Shown here: positions 1 to 11,728 of the stretch, one piece after another
Position numbering within the stretch: position 1 is the first letter of the stretch
Layout of the letters: every line of letters begins with the position of its first letter
Assembly: GCF_006345805.1 (NCBI RefSeq)
Contig: NC_042998.1
Span: 33,232,001-33,296,000, forward strand
Direction: 5' to 3'
Length of the DNA: 64,000 nt
Origin: Octopus sinensis
Lineage: Eukaryota
Translations under genes and position numbers: made by a program
Notes under the pieces: model-generated
Database searches by the model: none
Told to the model about the DNA's origin: nothing
What the model saw: only the letters and a program-made list of their open reading frames with translations

Positions 1-189
1 TTGATAGATAAGTTCATATGCTACAATAGTCTTATTCAAATACGAACATATAGATTCTTTCTTTGACTCTAGAATGGATAGAAACAATTTACGTGTATGA
101 TGTTTTACGAACTAAAGAAAGCTCATTCTGTAGGATAACATATTATTGGTTTCATAGCGATTATGCTGCATGCTACAAGAAGCCAATTA

Positions 190-931
190 TAACAGGAGCA
201 CTCATACAGCGCAAACCGCCGCCAAAGCAACACCGACGTCCTCTCAACGATTAGTCATAGATGATTTTTAAAATGAGAATATCTGAAATAAACTCGATTG
301 CTCTCAAAAACAAGAATACTAAAATTGATGCCGACCGCTCTCAAAAATTAAGTTAACAACGTCCTCTCAACGATTAGTCAGAGATGATTTTTAAAATGAG
401 AATATCTGAAATAAACTCGATTGCTCTCACAAACAAGAATACTAAAATTGACGCCGACCGCTCTCAAAAATTAAGTTAACAACGTCCTCTCAACGATTAG
501 TCAGAGATGATTTTTAAAATGAGAATATCTGAAATAAACTCGATTGCTCTCAAAAACAAGAATACTAAAATTGATGCCGACCGCTCTCAAAAATTAAGTT
601 AACAACGTCCTCTCAACGATTAGTCAGAGATGATTTTTAAAATGAGAATATCTGAAATAAACTCGACTGCTCTGCAAATGAAAATGCTAAAAATGACTCC
701 GACCGCTCTCAAAAATGAAGTTAAAAAATCGGCAAAATAATCCAGAATCCTTGTCTGGTGCCGGACCGATCCCAAAATCTAATCAGTTCGTGCCAGCTAC
801 GAGGCCAAATATTCCTGAAAATGTCACCCGAATCCATTCAGTAGTTCTGGAGATATCTTGTCCACGGATAAAGAAACAAAAGACAAACACGACTGAAAAC
901 AATACCTCCACCTTAGAGAAGGTGGCGGTAA
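190..931 (+). mobile_element. Non-autonomous Helentron-associated (HINE/DINE-1-like) element with internal tandem array
   Basis: 5' TAACAGGAGCACTCATACAGCGCAAACCGCCGCC; 3' ...ACAAACACGACTGAAAACAATACC plus hairpin TACC-TCCACCTT-AGAG-AAGGTGG-CGGTA (903-930); 5' ACCGCCGCC matches the reverse complement of 3' GGTGGCGGT (sub-terminal IR). Confidence 0.6.
237..716. repeat. Tandem repeat, 123-bp unit, ~3.9 copies
   Basis: CGTCCTCTCAACGATTAGTC recurs at 237, 360, 483 and 606; first three copies nearly identical, last diverged. Confidence 0.95.
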
Positions 932-1003
932 TTATTTGCTGTTACACAATGTAAAGGCTAAATGAAAGAAGATTCAGCGATAAGGACCAACCAACCAACT
1001 ATT

Positions 1004-1041
<38 letters not shown>

Positions 1042-1596
1042 ATACGTATAGCCAAATTTTAGAGGATGCAATTAGTATGTTAACACAAGTTAACATGAAG
1101 GTCCTATACAGATCACAAGTAAGACATACAAAGAAAATAATAGCAGAAAATAAATAGATAGGAAAATGTTTTAATAGATCCCAGATATTGTGACTGTTAA
1201 AGCAAGGTATGAATCCGATAAAATTAATCGAGATAAAAATAACGCTGTAAAAGCATTAACGTTACGCTTGACCTTAAATATATGCAATATATATGCACAA
1301 GAGAGTAAATTGCCTTAAGGGAGAAAAAAGGCAAAGAATAACCTTTGAGAGTGACACGGTTGAACATAATTATGATGATGGCAAAGGGTAGTTTAGCATT
1401 TAACGGATTGTACTTATTGTTTTGGTTATTCACTAAAAGAATTTTCATTCATTAACTGCAGATCAAAACTATGGTAGATATACAATCTTAAAAGTTAATA
1501 AAGATACAGAAATAATTTATTCTCACACGCTTGATAATACTAATACAATAGCATTAACAGGATAAACTATCCATATATTGCAGAAAAATTCGTTAA

Positions 1597-1670
1597 CGGC
1601 CAGCCATGAGACTCAAACTCACATCTCTGTGATTACGCGTCAAATGCTTTACCTTTAAGCTAAACTGCCC
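1597..1670 (-). pseudogene. tRNA-Thr(CGT)-like pseudogene or isolated tRNA-derived SINE head
   Basis: Minus strand folds as a cloverleaf: acceptor 6/7 pairs, D stem GCTT/AAGC, anticodon loop CGCGTAA, T stem GTGAG/CTCAT with loop TTTGAGT (C>T in TTC). Confidence 0.55.
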
Positions 1671-1789
1671 AGTAACTAACTGTCCTGCAATTTTAGGATT
1701 TATAAATCTAGCTTTATAAGACGCTAACGTTAAAATCAACTTACGATGAAAGCAAACAGAGTTTGCTTTAGAAGCGTTAGGATGTATTG

Positions 1790-2725
1790 AAACCTACAAC
1801 TTAAATCCAAAGCAATATGATGTCTTATTTCCAATTTGTTTCAACTCCGTAGAATATCCTAATTCGTTGTTACTTTTTTTTAATTGCCACAGAATCAAGG
1901 AATACATTGCATCGGTCGTTGAACTTTTAAACTACAAGTAACACCCCCAGTGTTGACATAAGTCTGACTAACATCCTTCAAATGAACTAAAACCTAGCTA
2001 GAGTGCTTATCGAGAAAGTTATTTCCCACAGACTCTTCTGTTCATTAAAAGCATATTAGACACACAAAACTCATTAAAAGTTCCCGGCCTCGCAAGCTCT
2101 GGCAATTTTCTGTATGTCGCCTGAACATCTTTGCCATTGTCAAAATTGCATCACAAAGAATAGTCTTCCTCTTCAGTGCAGTGTCAGAATTATTTCGGAT
2201 CTAATCAGCTGTGGTTGAGCACAGGTGCAACCCACATTTGAACATTGCCCACATATTTGAGGCGCAGCTGCTACTATTCGGCAAACATTCTAGATTACAT
2301 AGAAAAGGCTGATCAACGAAGTCGAATCTTACACAAACATTTTACCGAATGAAACATAAGCTCTTCTTCCTCCTCTCTCTATCTCTCTCCAACTCTCTCT
2401 CTCTCTCTCTCTCCCTATCTTTCTCCCCCTCTCTCTCTCCCTATCTTTCTCCTCCTCTCTCTATTCTCTTATCGCTACTATGTGTTCTGCTCCTTTGTAC
2501 TGCGTACAACCTTCTTCTAAATCCACATGTTGTAACCGCACCTCTCATTTTTGCCTCTATTGCTTCTCACTCACCAAACTCTACAGTAAACAGAAGAATT
2601 ACTCAGGGGCGCCATCCGCATAGTTCTTTTTACCAGTTATGGAAATGCACTCCTATGGAATGTTTCCTTCTAGAAAAGAAAGTTGTCTCGACCCTGAAAC
2701 CAGAGCTAAATACTTGCAATAGACA
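1790..2725 (+). mobile_element. Possible highly decayed Penelope-like element (RT C-terminus/GIY-YIG region)
   Basis: Broken frames give KSKAI*CLISNLFQLRRIS, SAYRES, a Cys cluster (HLCHCQNCITK...LISCG) and ECFLLEKKVVSTLKPELN, in the order expected for PLE thumb, linker and GIY-YIG end. Judged by eye only. Confidence 0.3.
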
Positions 2726-2974
2726 CCAGGTGCGATGGGAAATTGAGAGATATTTTAACTCAAATGCACAAATTCAGGATGCAAATAGCTAAAACAAATA
2801 TCACAAATCACCTCGCGACTCTCTAAATATTCCACGGCCCTGAAAAGCTACTTTATTCTATCCACCCAGGAAACTTCAAAGGCGAAGGGGACCACAAAAG
2901 AATTTGAACTCAAAGTGGAAATACCTAAAATAAACGACACGAGATATTTTCCCATTGACACCAATCTTTTTTTT

Positions 2975-3732
2975 TTTCTATTCTAGGCACAAGGCACGCA
3001 ATTTTGGGGTAGGGCACCAGTCGATTAGATCGACCCCAGTACGCAACTGGCACTTAATTTATCGACCCCGAAAGTATGAAAGGCAAAGTCAACCTCATAG
3101 AATTTGAACTCAGAACATAACGGCAGACGAAATACCTATTTCTTTACTGCCCACAAGGTGCTAAACACAGAGAGGACAAAGAAGGACAGACAAACGGATT
3201 AAGTCGATTATATCAACCCCAGTGCGTAACTGGTACTTAATTTATCGACCCCGAAAGTATGAAAGGCAAAGTCGACCTCATAGAATTTGAACTCAGAACG
3301 TAACGGCAGACGAAATACCTATTTCTTTACTACCCACAAGGGCTAAACACAGAAAGGACAAACAAGAACAGAAAAACGGATTAAGTCGATTATATCGACC
3401 CCAGTGCGTAACTGGTACTTAATTTATCGACCCCGAAAGTATGAAAGGCAAAGTCGACCTCATAGAATTTGAACTCACAACGTAACGGCAGACGAAATAC
3501 CTATTTCTTTACTACCCACAAGGGGCTAAACACAGAAAGGACAAACAAGAACAGAAAAACGGATTAAGTCGATTATATCGACCCCAGTGCGTAACTGGTA
3601 CTTAATTTATCGACCCCGAAAGTATGAAAGGCAAAGTCGACCTCGGCGGAATTTGAACTCAGAACGCAGCGGCGTACGAAATACCATAAAGCATTTCGCC
3701 CGGCGAGCTAACGTCTCTGCCATCTCGCCGCT
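2975..3732 (-). mobile_element. SINE family A, tandem tetramer
   Basis: One head, four ~183-bp units (AAAGTATGAAAGG at 3071, 3254, 3436, 3619), B-box GAGTTCAAATTC, one terminal 3' end. Confidence 0.9.
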
Positions 3733-4077
3733 TTATTGACTCCAGCGATTCTGTAAGTTCGCTGTCTCCATGAAAACTTTAATGTTAAGTGAGCGCTATC
3801 AACTAACGGAAATAGCCTAAATAATTTTTAATTGAGATTATACACGTGATGAAGAGAAATCATTAAATTCTAGTCAAGAATGACGAGGGTCGTAACGATA
3901 CGGCTTCAACGAGACTTCCTACTTAGAACTCAGTTACTCTGGAAATCTTTCTGTAGCTCCAGTTTCTTACATTCATAAACAAACAGAACTTTAAGTATGA
4001 TGTCAATCACATTTATCTCACAAGAGAGGAGAGCCAGGAAGGATTATGTGTGCCGCCTTTTCTTCATTGATCATTTA

Positions 4078-4119
4078 GATAGATAGATAGATAGATAGAT
4101 AGATACATACATACATACA

Positions 4120-4213
<94 letters not shown>
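4078..4213. repeat. Compound microsatellite (GATA)n(CATA)n(ATT)n
   Basis: Direct reading. Confidence 0.95.
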
Positions 4214-4215
<2 letters not shown>

Positions 4216-4772
4216 GGCGACGAGCTGGCAGAAACGTTAGCACGCCGGGCAATATGCTTGGCGGTATTTCATCTGCCGCTACGTTCTGAGTTCAAATTCC
4301 GCCGAGGTCGACTTTGCCTTTTATCCTTTCGGGGTCGATTAAATAAGTACCAGTTACGCACTGGGGGTCGATATAATCGACTTAATCCGTTTGTCTGTCC
4401 TTGTTTGTCCTCTCGGTGTTTAGCCCCTTGTGGGTAGTAAAAAAATAGGTATTTCGTCTGCCGTTATGTTCTGAGTTAAAATTGTGTCGAGGTCGACTTT
4501 GCCTTTCATCCTTTCGGGGACGATTAAATAAGTACCAGTGACACACTGGGGTCGATATAATCGACTTAATCCGTTTGTCTGTCCTTGTTTGTCCCCTCTG
4601 TGTTTATCCCCTTGTGGGTAGTAAAGAAATAGGTATTTCGTCTGCCGCTACGTTCTGAATTCAAATTCCGCCGAGGTTGACTTTGCCTTTCATCCTTTCG
4701 GAATCGATAAATGTTGCGTAAATCGATTCGCCCCTCCTCCAAATTTGAGGCCTTGTGCTTCCAGGAGAAAGG
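4216..4772 (+). mobile_element. SINE family A, trimer, flanked by (ATT)n
   Basis: Head GGCGACGAGCTGGCAGAAACGTTAGC, three bodies, terminal CCTTGTGCTTCCAGGAGAAAGG. Confidence 0.9.
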
Positions 4773-4822
<50 letters not shown>

Positions 4823-4847
4823 TATTACTATTATTATTATTATTATA

Positions 4848-6022
4848 ATTCTATGTTTGACTTTTGCTTTATATTTGTACAAGTTGGCTCCAAGTCTCAC
4901 CCAGAGACCTCAAGAGACAACAGGGTTGGAAGTTCATGTTGTTGTTATGCCTAGTGTGCCATATATTTGGGGGGTGGGGATGTTGTACTAATGAATGTCG
5001 AAAAAAAAAAAGTTTTTTTTTTTTTTTTTTTTTTAAACCGAAAATTATGTTTGTTTTAAACCTTGAGATTACATAGAGAGTATTTTGCGTAGGATATGAG
5101 CAGTTCCCATGAGCACTATCTTTTGAACTTCTGCCATTTTTGGGTTTCCTGGTATCTGAGTTAGGTAGCTATCAGCCCCTTTTGCTATCATTCCCAGGGC
5201 ACCTATGACAACAGGTATTGTTTTAGTCTTCAGCTTCCCATTTTGCTGATTTCTATTTCAAGATCTTTATATTTGCTCAGTTTTTGGTAGGTCTTGACAG
5301 ATACCTTTATATCGATTGGGACAGTCATATCAATGAGGAGGCATGTTCTTTGTTTGAAGTCTTTCAATATGATGTCTGGCCTATTTGCATCTATCTTCCT
5401 TTGAATGGTGAAGTTCCAGAGGAGTGAGATGTGGTCATTTTCAAGCACTGGGGGTGGTTTGTGTCCCACCAGTTTTTTTCATGGGGCAAATCCAGGTTTT
5501 TACAGATACCCAGTGAATATATTGTGCAGCTCTATCGTGCCTGTTGAGATACCTGTAGGCGCTAGAAGACTGCACTTGGAGACCACATGGTCAATGGTTT
5601 CATTTTGTTGCTTGCATACACGACACGTTGGACTGCTTCTGATCTTTAATATGTTGGCCTGGTAGTTTCTTGTTGGTAGGCATTGATCTTGAGCTGCTAT
5701 GATAAAGCCCTCTGTTTCAGATTTTAAGCCAGAGGCCATTAGCCATTGATGGTCAGGGCTTTGTCGATATCTGCATTATTCGCTCTCTTTGGGTATTGCC
5801 ATAGAGAGGTTTTTCTTGCCATTTATTATTCAGAATTTCTAAGGCCGCAGTTTTGGCACGGGTTTTCATGCGCCTAGCTTTTTCTGTGCTTGTTTCTTGT
5901 ATATCTATCTCTAATTCCGAAATTGGTTGTATTCGGAATTCACTTAGATATTCCTTTGCCTGTTTTGTGACTGAGTATGATGCTTTCTTGTTTTCATGTT
6001 TTGAGACAAGTTTTAGCATCCA

Positions 6023-6023
<1 letters not shown>
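4848..6023 (-). mobile_element. 5'-truncated R4/Dong-clade non-LTR retrotransposon (CCHC finger + restriction-like endonuclease), frameshifted
   Basis: ETEGFIIAAQDQ, CRVC...ETIDHVVSKC finger, RPDI...LLIDMTVP...K..KYKDL PD-(D/E)xK motif, end QKIVLMGTAHILRKILSM* (stop 5069-5071); (AAT)n on both sides in element sense. Confidence 0.88.
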
Positions 6024-6085
<62 letters not shown>

Positions 6086-6607
6086 TTGTTGTGTCTGCCA
6101 TTTGCAAGGAACAAAGAAGATTTTAGAAAAAAATTAAATAAATAAGTAAATGAGTGGAAATTAAACCGTTGAGTGTGTTAATTAATAGAGTATTAAAACA
6201 GAATGACTCTCTCCGGACACAATAAAATATGTTTCAACACACGAATTCACATAAAGAATCTTGCAAACCAAAAAGAAAAAATATATCATAACTAAATATC
6301 TTCCCTTATACTTCTGAGCTAAACACGCATATTGAAATGGAACGATTTAGAATTCTTCTACAGATTCTGACGACACGAGAGGGCACGCTGTTCTTAATAT
6401 TCCATTTTCACTAGTTTTTTCTCACATATGTGGGAGAGAAATGCTTCGTGTAACATTCGTTCTGCAGATTCTAATTTCATTTGCTTTTGTTCATTTATTT
6501 TTTCCCCCACCTCCTTCTCTTTGTTCTGTGCTTTTTTTTTATTCTCTCCGGAAAATCACACAATTTTCTTCTTCCGTTTCCTTTTGCTATTTGGCTAATT
6601 TTCAATA

Positions 6608-6619
6608 ACGATGATGAAA

Positions 6620-6667
<48 letters not shown>

Positions 6668-6700
6668 ATGAAAATGATGATGATGATGATGATGATGACG
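6608..6700. repeat. (GAT)n microsatellite
   Basis: Direct reading; explains the poly-D/M/H ORFs. Confidence 0.95.
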
Positions 6701-7325
6701 ACTAACACGACAGCGACAAAATTTACAATAACAATAACAAAATTGATTATAAATTTTATCAGGACGATAATGGTACTCTACATGGAGATAAGGCCAGATA
6801 CTTGTGACGGCGAGGCTACTAACAACTGAATCGACCTCATTTACAAAGGTGACAACGGTACCATTGGCGTAGGGGAACACAAAGAGTCAGAAAATCCTGT
6901 CAGCCTCTTGGATAATTCCCACACTTTCTTTAATAAGTCAGGAGGACTTGAAACTCGGCGAAAAATCTTACATCGATTTTCGCTGTGCTACCGTTATTCG
7001 TAACGAGGGCCAACTAAACTACTTGGTGTTACTTAAGACCATAGCGGGAAGACTGGATGTGTTTGTGTGTCTGTGTTTGTCCCCATCCCCTGTACCACTG
7101 CTTTACCGCTTTACAAATAATGCTGCTGTGTCTTTCGTCTCCATAACTTAGCAGTTCAGTAGAAAACACCGATAGAATAAGTACCAAACTTAAGAAGTAA
7201 ATAAGTCGTGATGTCAGATAAAATTCTTGGTATCAGCTATATATGTATGTGTATATGTAATATATGTATATATATATATATATATAATATATATATATAT
7301 ATAATATATATATATATATATACTC

Positions 7326-7571
7326 AAAAATAAGCAACAAGAATGAATCCGGTAATTTAGTACAATTGTTTCATACAGCATCATTTTATTAAAAGCTGTA
7401 AATATTACAGCAGATTTAAGATGCTGAGTAATCTTCAGCTAATTATATAGGTTTTCCAATAATATAAAAGTTTTATCTTAAATCTGCTGTAATATTTACA
7501 GCTTTTAATAAAATGATGTAGTATGAAACAATTGTACTAAATTACCGGATTCATTCTTGTTGCTTATTTTT
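7326..7571. repeat. Fold-back element, ~97-bp arms, 52-nt spacer
   Basis: 7326-7422 is the reverse complement of 7475-7571 apart from CAGC/CTAC. Confidence 0.92.
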
Positions 7572-7668
7572 TTATTATAATCACCCCGCATATTTTTATG
7601 GGTAACACCATACAAAATTCTGATGCATCTAATTAAGTACCATATTCATTTGAATCTAAATTGTTGCT

Positions 7669-7716
<48 letters not shown>

Positions 7717-7940
7717 AAACAGAAATTTTCTTATTTCTAAATCTCTCAAAGAGAGATGTACCGTGACATCACCATGAAGTAATGAATTTTCGCCAATATA
7801 ATGTGACAGTCCCAGGATGGGACGAATGTTACTGTTATTTAGCCCAGGGAAACATCGTTTCCAGCTTGCTATACGACACAAGCTACATAATAAACCGCGA
7901 TAGGTGAACCATGATATGGTGAGGGATTGCTGTATCTATC

Positions 7941-8003
<63 letters not shown>

Positions 8004-8105
8004 ATTATTTGAGGGAATAAAATCCAAACTTACAAGGAAAAAGAATTCAATTTAGAAATACTAAATCAAATTCCACACAATATAATATATATGTATGTGT
8101 ATATG

Positions 8106-8178
<73 letters not shown>

Positions 8179-8302
8179 ATATGTATACATATATATATAC
8201 CTATATGTATATACACATATATATACATATATATATTCATATATATGTATATATATACGTATATATATACATATAGATGTATATATATATATATACATAC
8301 AT

Positions 8303-8354
<52 letters not shown>

Positions 8355-8362
<8 letters not shown>

Positions 8363-8659
8363 ATATCGGGATGGTATTTTTGGGCCAAATAATCACATGT
8401 ATTATATATTCGTTCTGCCCGCGTTTATTACTGTTCTTATTCTAACTCATGTCTATTGTTCCAGAAATCTTTCGTCCCACATCTGTGACCTCTTTAGTCT
8501 CACTTTCCGTCCTCGTGCAAGAGCACACACACACGGTCGCAGATGTGTGACGAATGATTTCCGGATAGTTTGAATAAGAACAGTAATAAACGAGTGAAGA
8601 ACGTATATATAGTGCGTGTGTCTATTTGGCAAAAAATAACCGTCCCGAAATACAACAAT
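8355..8659. repeat. Diverged fold-back/MITE-like element, ~93-bp arms
   Basis: ATTGTTGTATATCGGGATGG...TTATTACTGTTCTTATTC mirrored by GAATAAGAACAGTAATAAAC...CCGTCCCGAAATACAACAAT. Confidence 0.75.
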
Positions 8660-8925
8660 ACCGCTAAACATTACGTCCAGCGTGCTAATGATTCTGCCAG
8701 CTCGCCCCCTTCGCTTTACTTAATAATCCTTTCTACTATAGGCACAAGGCCTCAAATTAGGGGTAAGGGTAGAGTCGATGTAATCGACCCCAGTACGCAA
8801 TTGGTACTTAATTTATCGGTGAAAAGCAAAGTCGACCTCGGTGGAATTTGAACTCTGAACATAGCGACGTGCAAAATACCTCTAAGCTTTTCGCCCGGCG
8901 TGTTAACGATTCTGCTAGTTCACCA
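8660..8925 (-). mobile_element. SINE family A fragments
   Basis: Head fragment 8660-8712 plus a monomer at ~8735-8925. Confidence 0.8.
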
Positions 8926-8984
8926 CCTTCGCTTTTCTCCATAATGCTGATGAGAGAATTTTGAACGTAAGACATTTCAATTAC

Positions 8985-9120
8985 ATTATTTGCATTATTT
9001 ACATTTGACGGATATTTGTCCTCATCTTGTTTGTTGTTTTAACACAACGTTTCGGCTGATATACCCTCCAGCCTTCATCAGGTGTCTTGGGGAAATTTCA
9101 AACCTCGGTTCTCATTCCTA
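8985..9120 (-). mobile_element. SINE family H 3' portion (head absent), carries hammerhead motif
   Basis: Matches 54482-54612 and 57140-57270 closely. Confidence 0.85.
9041..9086 (-). ncRNA. Minimal type I hammerhead ribozyme motif (Penelope-type), core intact
   Basis: GACAC-CUGAUGA-A-GGCUGG(AGGGUAUA)UCAGCC-GAAA-CGUU-GUGUU: helix I GACAC/GUGUU, 6-bp helix II, palindromic AACGUU in place of helix III. Confidence 0.72.
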
Positions 9121-9344
9121 TAGAACTGTATTTTCAATTACTCATCAATTATAAATACGACTCTAACTTTATGTGATACTAGCAAACAAGTTTATTATTA
9201 TCTTTTTTGTTAGTTTATTTTGTCTTTTTGTCTTCCCTTCTGGTGCTGTATGGACATTTAATATGGTTTTAGAGTGAAGTTTTGGCTGCTATGTCTAGCA
9301 TGAGTGTATCTCTTAGATACGCTTATTTACAATTTTAATAATTT

Positions 9345-9457
<113 letters not shown>

Positions 9458-9552
9458 ATATACACATATGCATATACGTGCGGTGTGTATAATGATGTGT
9501 ATTATATAAAAATGTGTACTTACATATATGAGAACAAAATGTACGTATGCCG

Positions 9553-9582
<30 letters not shown>

Positions 9583-9586
<4 letters not shown>

Positions 9587-9754
9587 AGAGTTTACGAAAA
9601 AAACAAAAGACGAAGACAGGTGGTGTACAAAACAAACAGATGTATTAGTATAACGCTCAGGAACAGAAAAGTCTTTTACTTTCGAGCCTACGGTCTTCTA
9701 CCGAAAGGGTCACAGAAAAAACAAGGAGAGAAAAAAATGTGTGTAGTGGCTATC
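9583..9754 (-). mobile_element. Short repeat with degenerate hammerhead-like motif, related to 35258-35465
   Basis: Minus CUUU-CGGUAGA-A-GACC(GUAG)GCUC-GAAA-GUA-AAAG followed by TTCCTGAGCGT, as in the 35.3-kb element. Confidence 0.5.
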
Positions 9755-9784
9755 ATATATATCTAATATATCTATCATATATAT

Positions 9785-9832
<48 letters not shown>

Positions 9833-9836
<4 letters not shown>

Positions 9837-10933
9837 CAGTATCACCCGGTGTTGCTTGGGTTTGTTTCGACCCTTTAGAATTGGAATTTTTGAAAAGTAA
9901 AAATTTTGCATTATGCAACTTGTTATTCTCTTCAAGTGAACATTTTTCCAGTTGAAATACACCGAAAACTGGTGACACAGCAGTCAAAAATCGTAAAAAA
10001 TAGGGATTTTCATAGAAAAAAAGCACCTTTTTGATGTAAATAATTTTTGGTGCTAACATGGTCCGATTTGAATTTTTTCTCCTACAGAATGAAGAGCAAG
10101 CGTTCTTCTATCATACTCTCAATTTTGGTCAACTTGCGCTGCAGGGTCTCGAAGGAGATAATGTTAGTAGAAGGCTACCAAACCTGCCACACACAGACAA
10201 CTTCAACTTTATATATATAGATTTGCTACACACTACTTTCCATCCTAGATAATGAAACTTGGTAGATCCAAAAGTTAAACACACAGACACACTCACAGAT
10301 ACACACACAGACACACAAGTTGAGTTTTATATATATAGATTTCTCAACGGGGATTTCAGGGGAGAGTTTCAGGGAGTTGCTGGCGATGTATCGTGATGAT
10401 CAAAAATCTGGCCTGCTAAAATTTGGTTAAACTGATTCAAACTGCAGACTCAACGCAAAATGGTCACATTTAATTCAAAGCGTTAAAAATGTTATGAAAA
10501 TAATTGGTATGTGTTCACAAAGTCCAAACGATTAATACGAAAAAACCCTCCAAGCTACATCCCGAAAATTCATTTTTTTGCTGAATTTCTACAATGTTTA
10601 CGGCGATTCGTTGTTATATCTTGATTTTTGATTTTTCATGTAATTTACGCATGCTTGCACGCGTGGTGAACACAGTTCACGTCAAACAGCTGACTGAGTA
10701 AAGTTCACTATTCAATGCATGGGATAAGGCCTAAACAAACACATTATCGATTTTTGCACTTGCGAGATGAATTTCGGAAGAGAAATAGCGCAGTTCAATT
10801 TTCATTCGCCTAAACTTTAAGTGACCCATTTTTGGTGGTTCTACGATTTGTTGGCTAGGAGATGTGCTGGGAAGTTAAACACACACACACAGATACACAC
10901 ACAGACACACAGGTTGAGTTTTATATACATAGA
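9833..10933 (-). mobile_element. Non-autonomous Helitron composite with three 5' ends
   Basis: Minus 5' A^TCTAT(A/G)TATATAAA at 10221, 10339 and 10933; 3' hairpin CCCAAGCAACACCGGG then CTAA^T at 9833. Confidence 0.7.
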
Positions 10934-11499
10934 TTATCACAAATCAATAGTTTATTGTTTAATTTTGATGCTTGAGAAAAACTCATAGATATGGTTCCAT
11001 GACACGACTTCTGCCTACAGTAATTAGATTACTTTATTAGTAAAGGACGTTAATATTGGTTTCAAATTTTGGCATAAGTCCAGCACCATCGACTACATCA
11101 GTGGTTCCTAAACTTTTTCGGGCTACCGCCCCCTTGATACTCGAATGCCCATACACACACACAGAGAGGCACACCCAGACATGCACACACAAGGAGCAAA
11201 GGTACACACACACACACACATAAAAAACGCACACAAACACATCAATATGTAGAATACATACATACAAACGTACACACATACATACATATATACATGCACA
11301 CATATTCATGCATACACACACTTGCATGCATGCATACATACATGTGTATGCGCGCACACACTGACCGACACGCATGCGCACAAACAAACAAAAAGAACGC
11401 AGCTTGAATAAAGGACAAAGTCAACAACTATTATGCGCATAGGTACGCCATGACCTATACACACGCAGGCGAGGTTCGATTCACATGATAAAGAAAGTG

Positions 11500-11728
11500 A
11501 ACAAAATAATATGACTAGTTGCTTATCGGGAAAGTTTGATTTTTCTGGGATTTTTTTAAAGATAATCATACCAAATGTACATCATCTAGAGCCATTAATC
11601 CCAATGAGGATGTCTGCCAAATGTGGTGAAAATCCGTTCAGTCGTTTTCCTGTAATTTTACAAACACACAGGCAAAGACGAGCAATTACAATACTCTGCA
11701 TTCGCCTACGCGCGCAGGGTAACAATTA
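11500..11728 (+). mobile_element. HINE-like element (3' portion)
   Basis: GAAAATCCGTTCAGTCGTTTT...CAAACACACAG...CAATACTCTGCATTCGCCTACGCGCGCAGGGTAA terminal hairpin motif. Confidence 0.45.

Noticed and set aside
2975-4772. Regularly spaced repeats suggestive of a CRISPR array
   Set aside because: Whole ~183-bp units repeat with no unique spacers, there are no cas genes, and the context is eukaryotic SINE DNA.
6750-7030. Unique, protein-looking stretch (minus FPYANGTVVTFVNEVDSVV...)
   Set aside because: No recognisable motif, flanking stops and no convincing splice sites.
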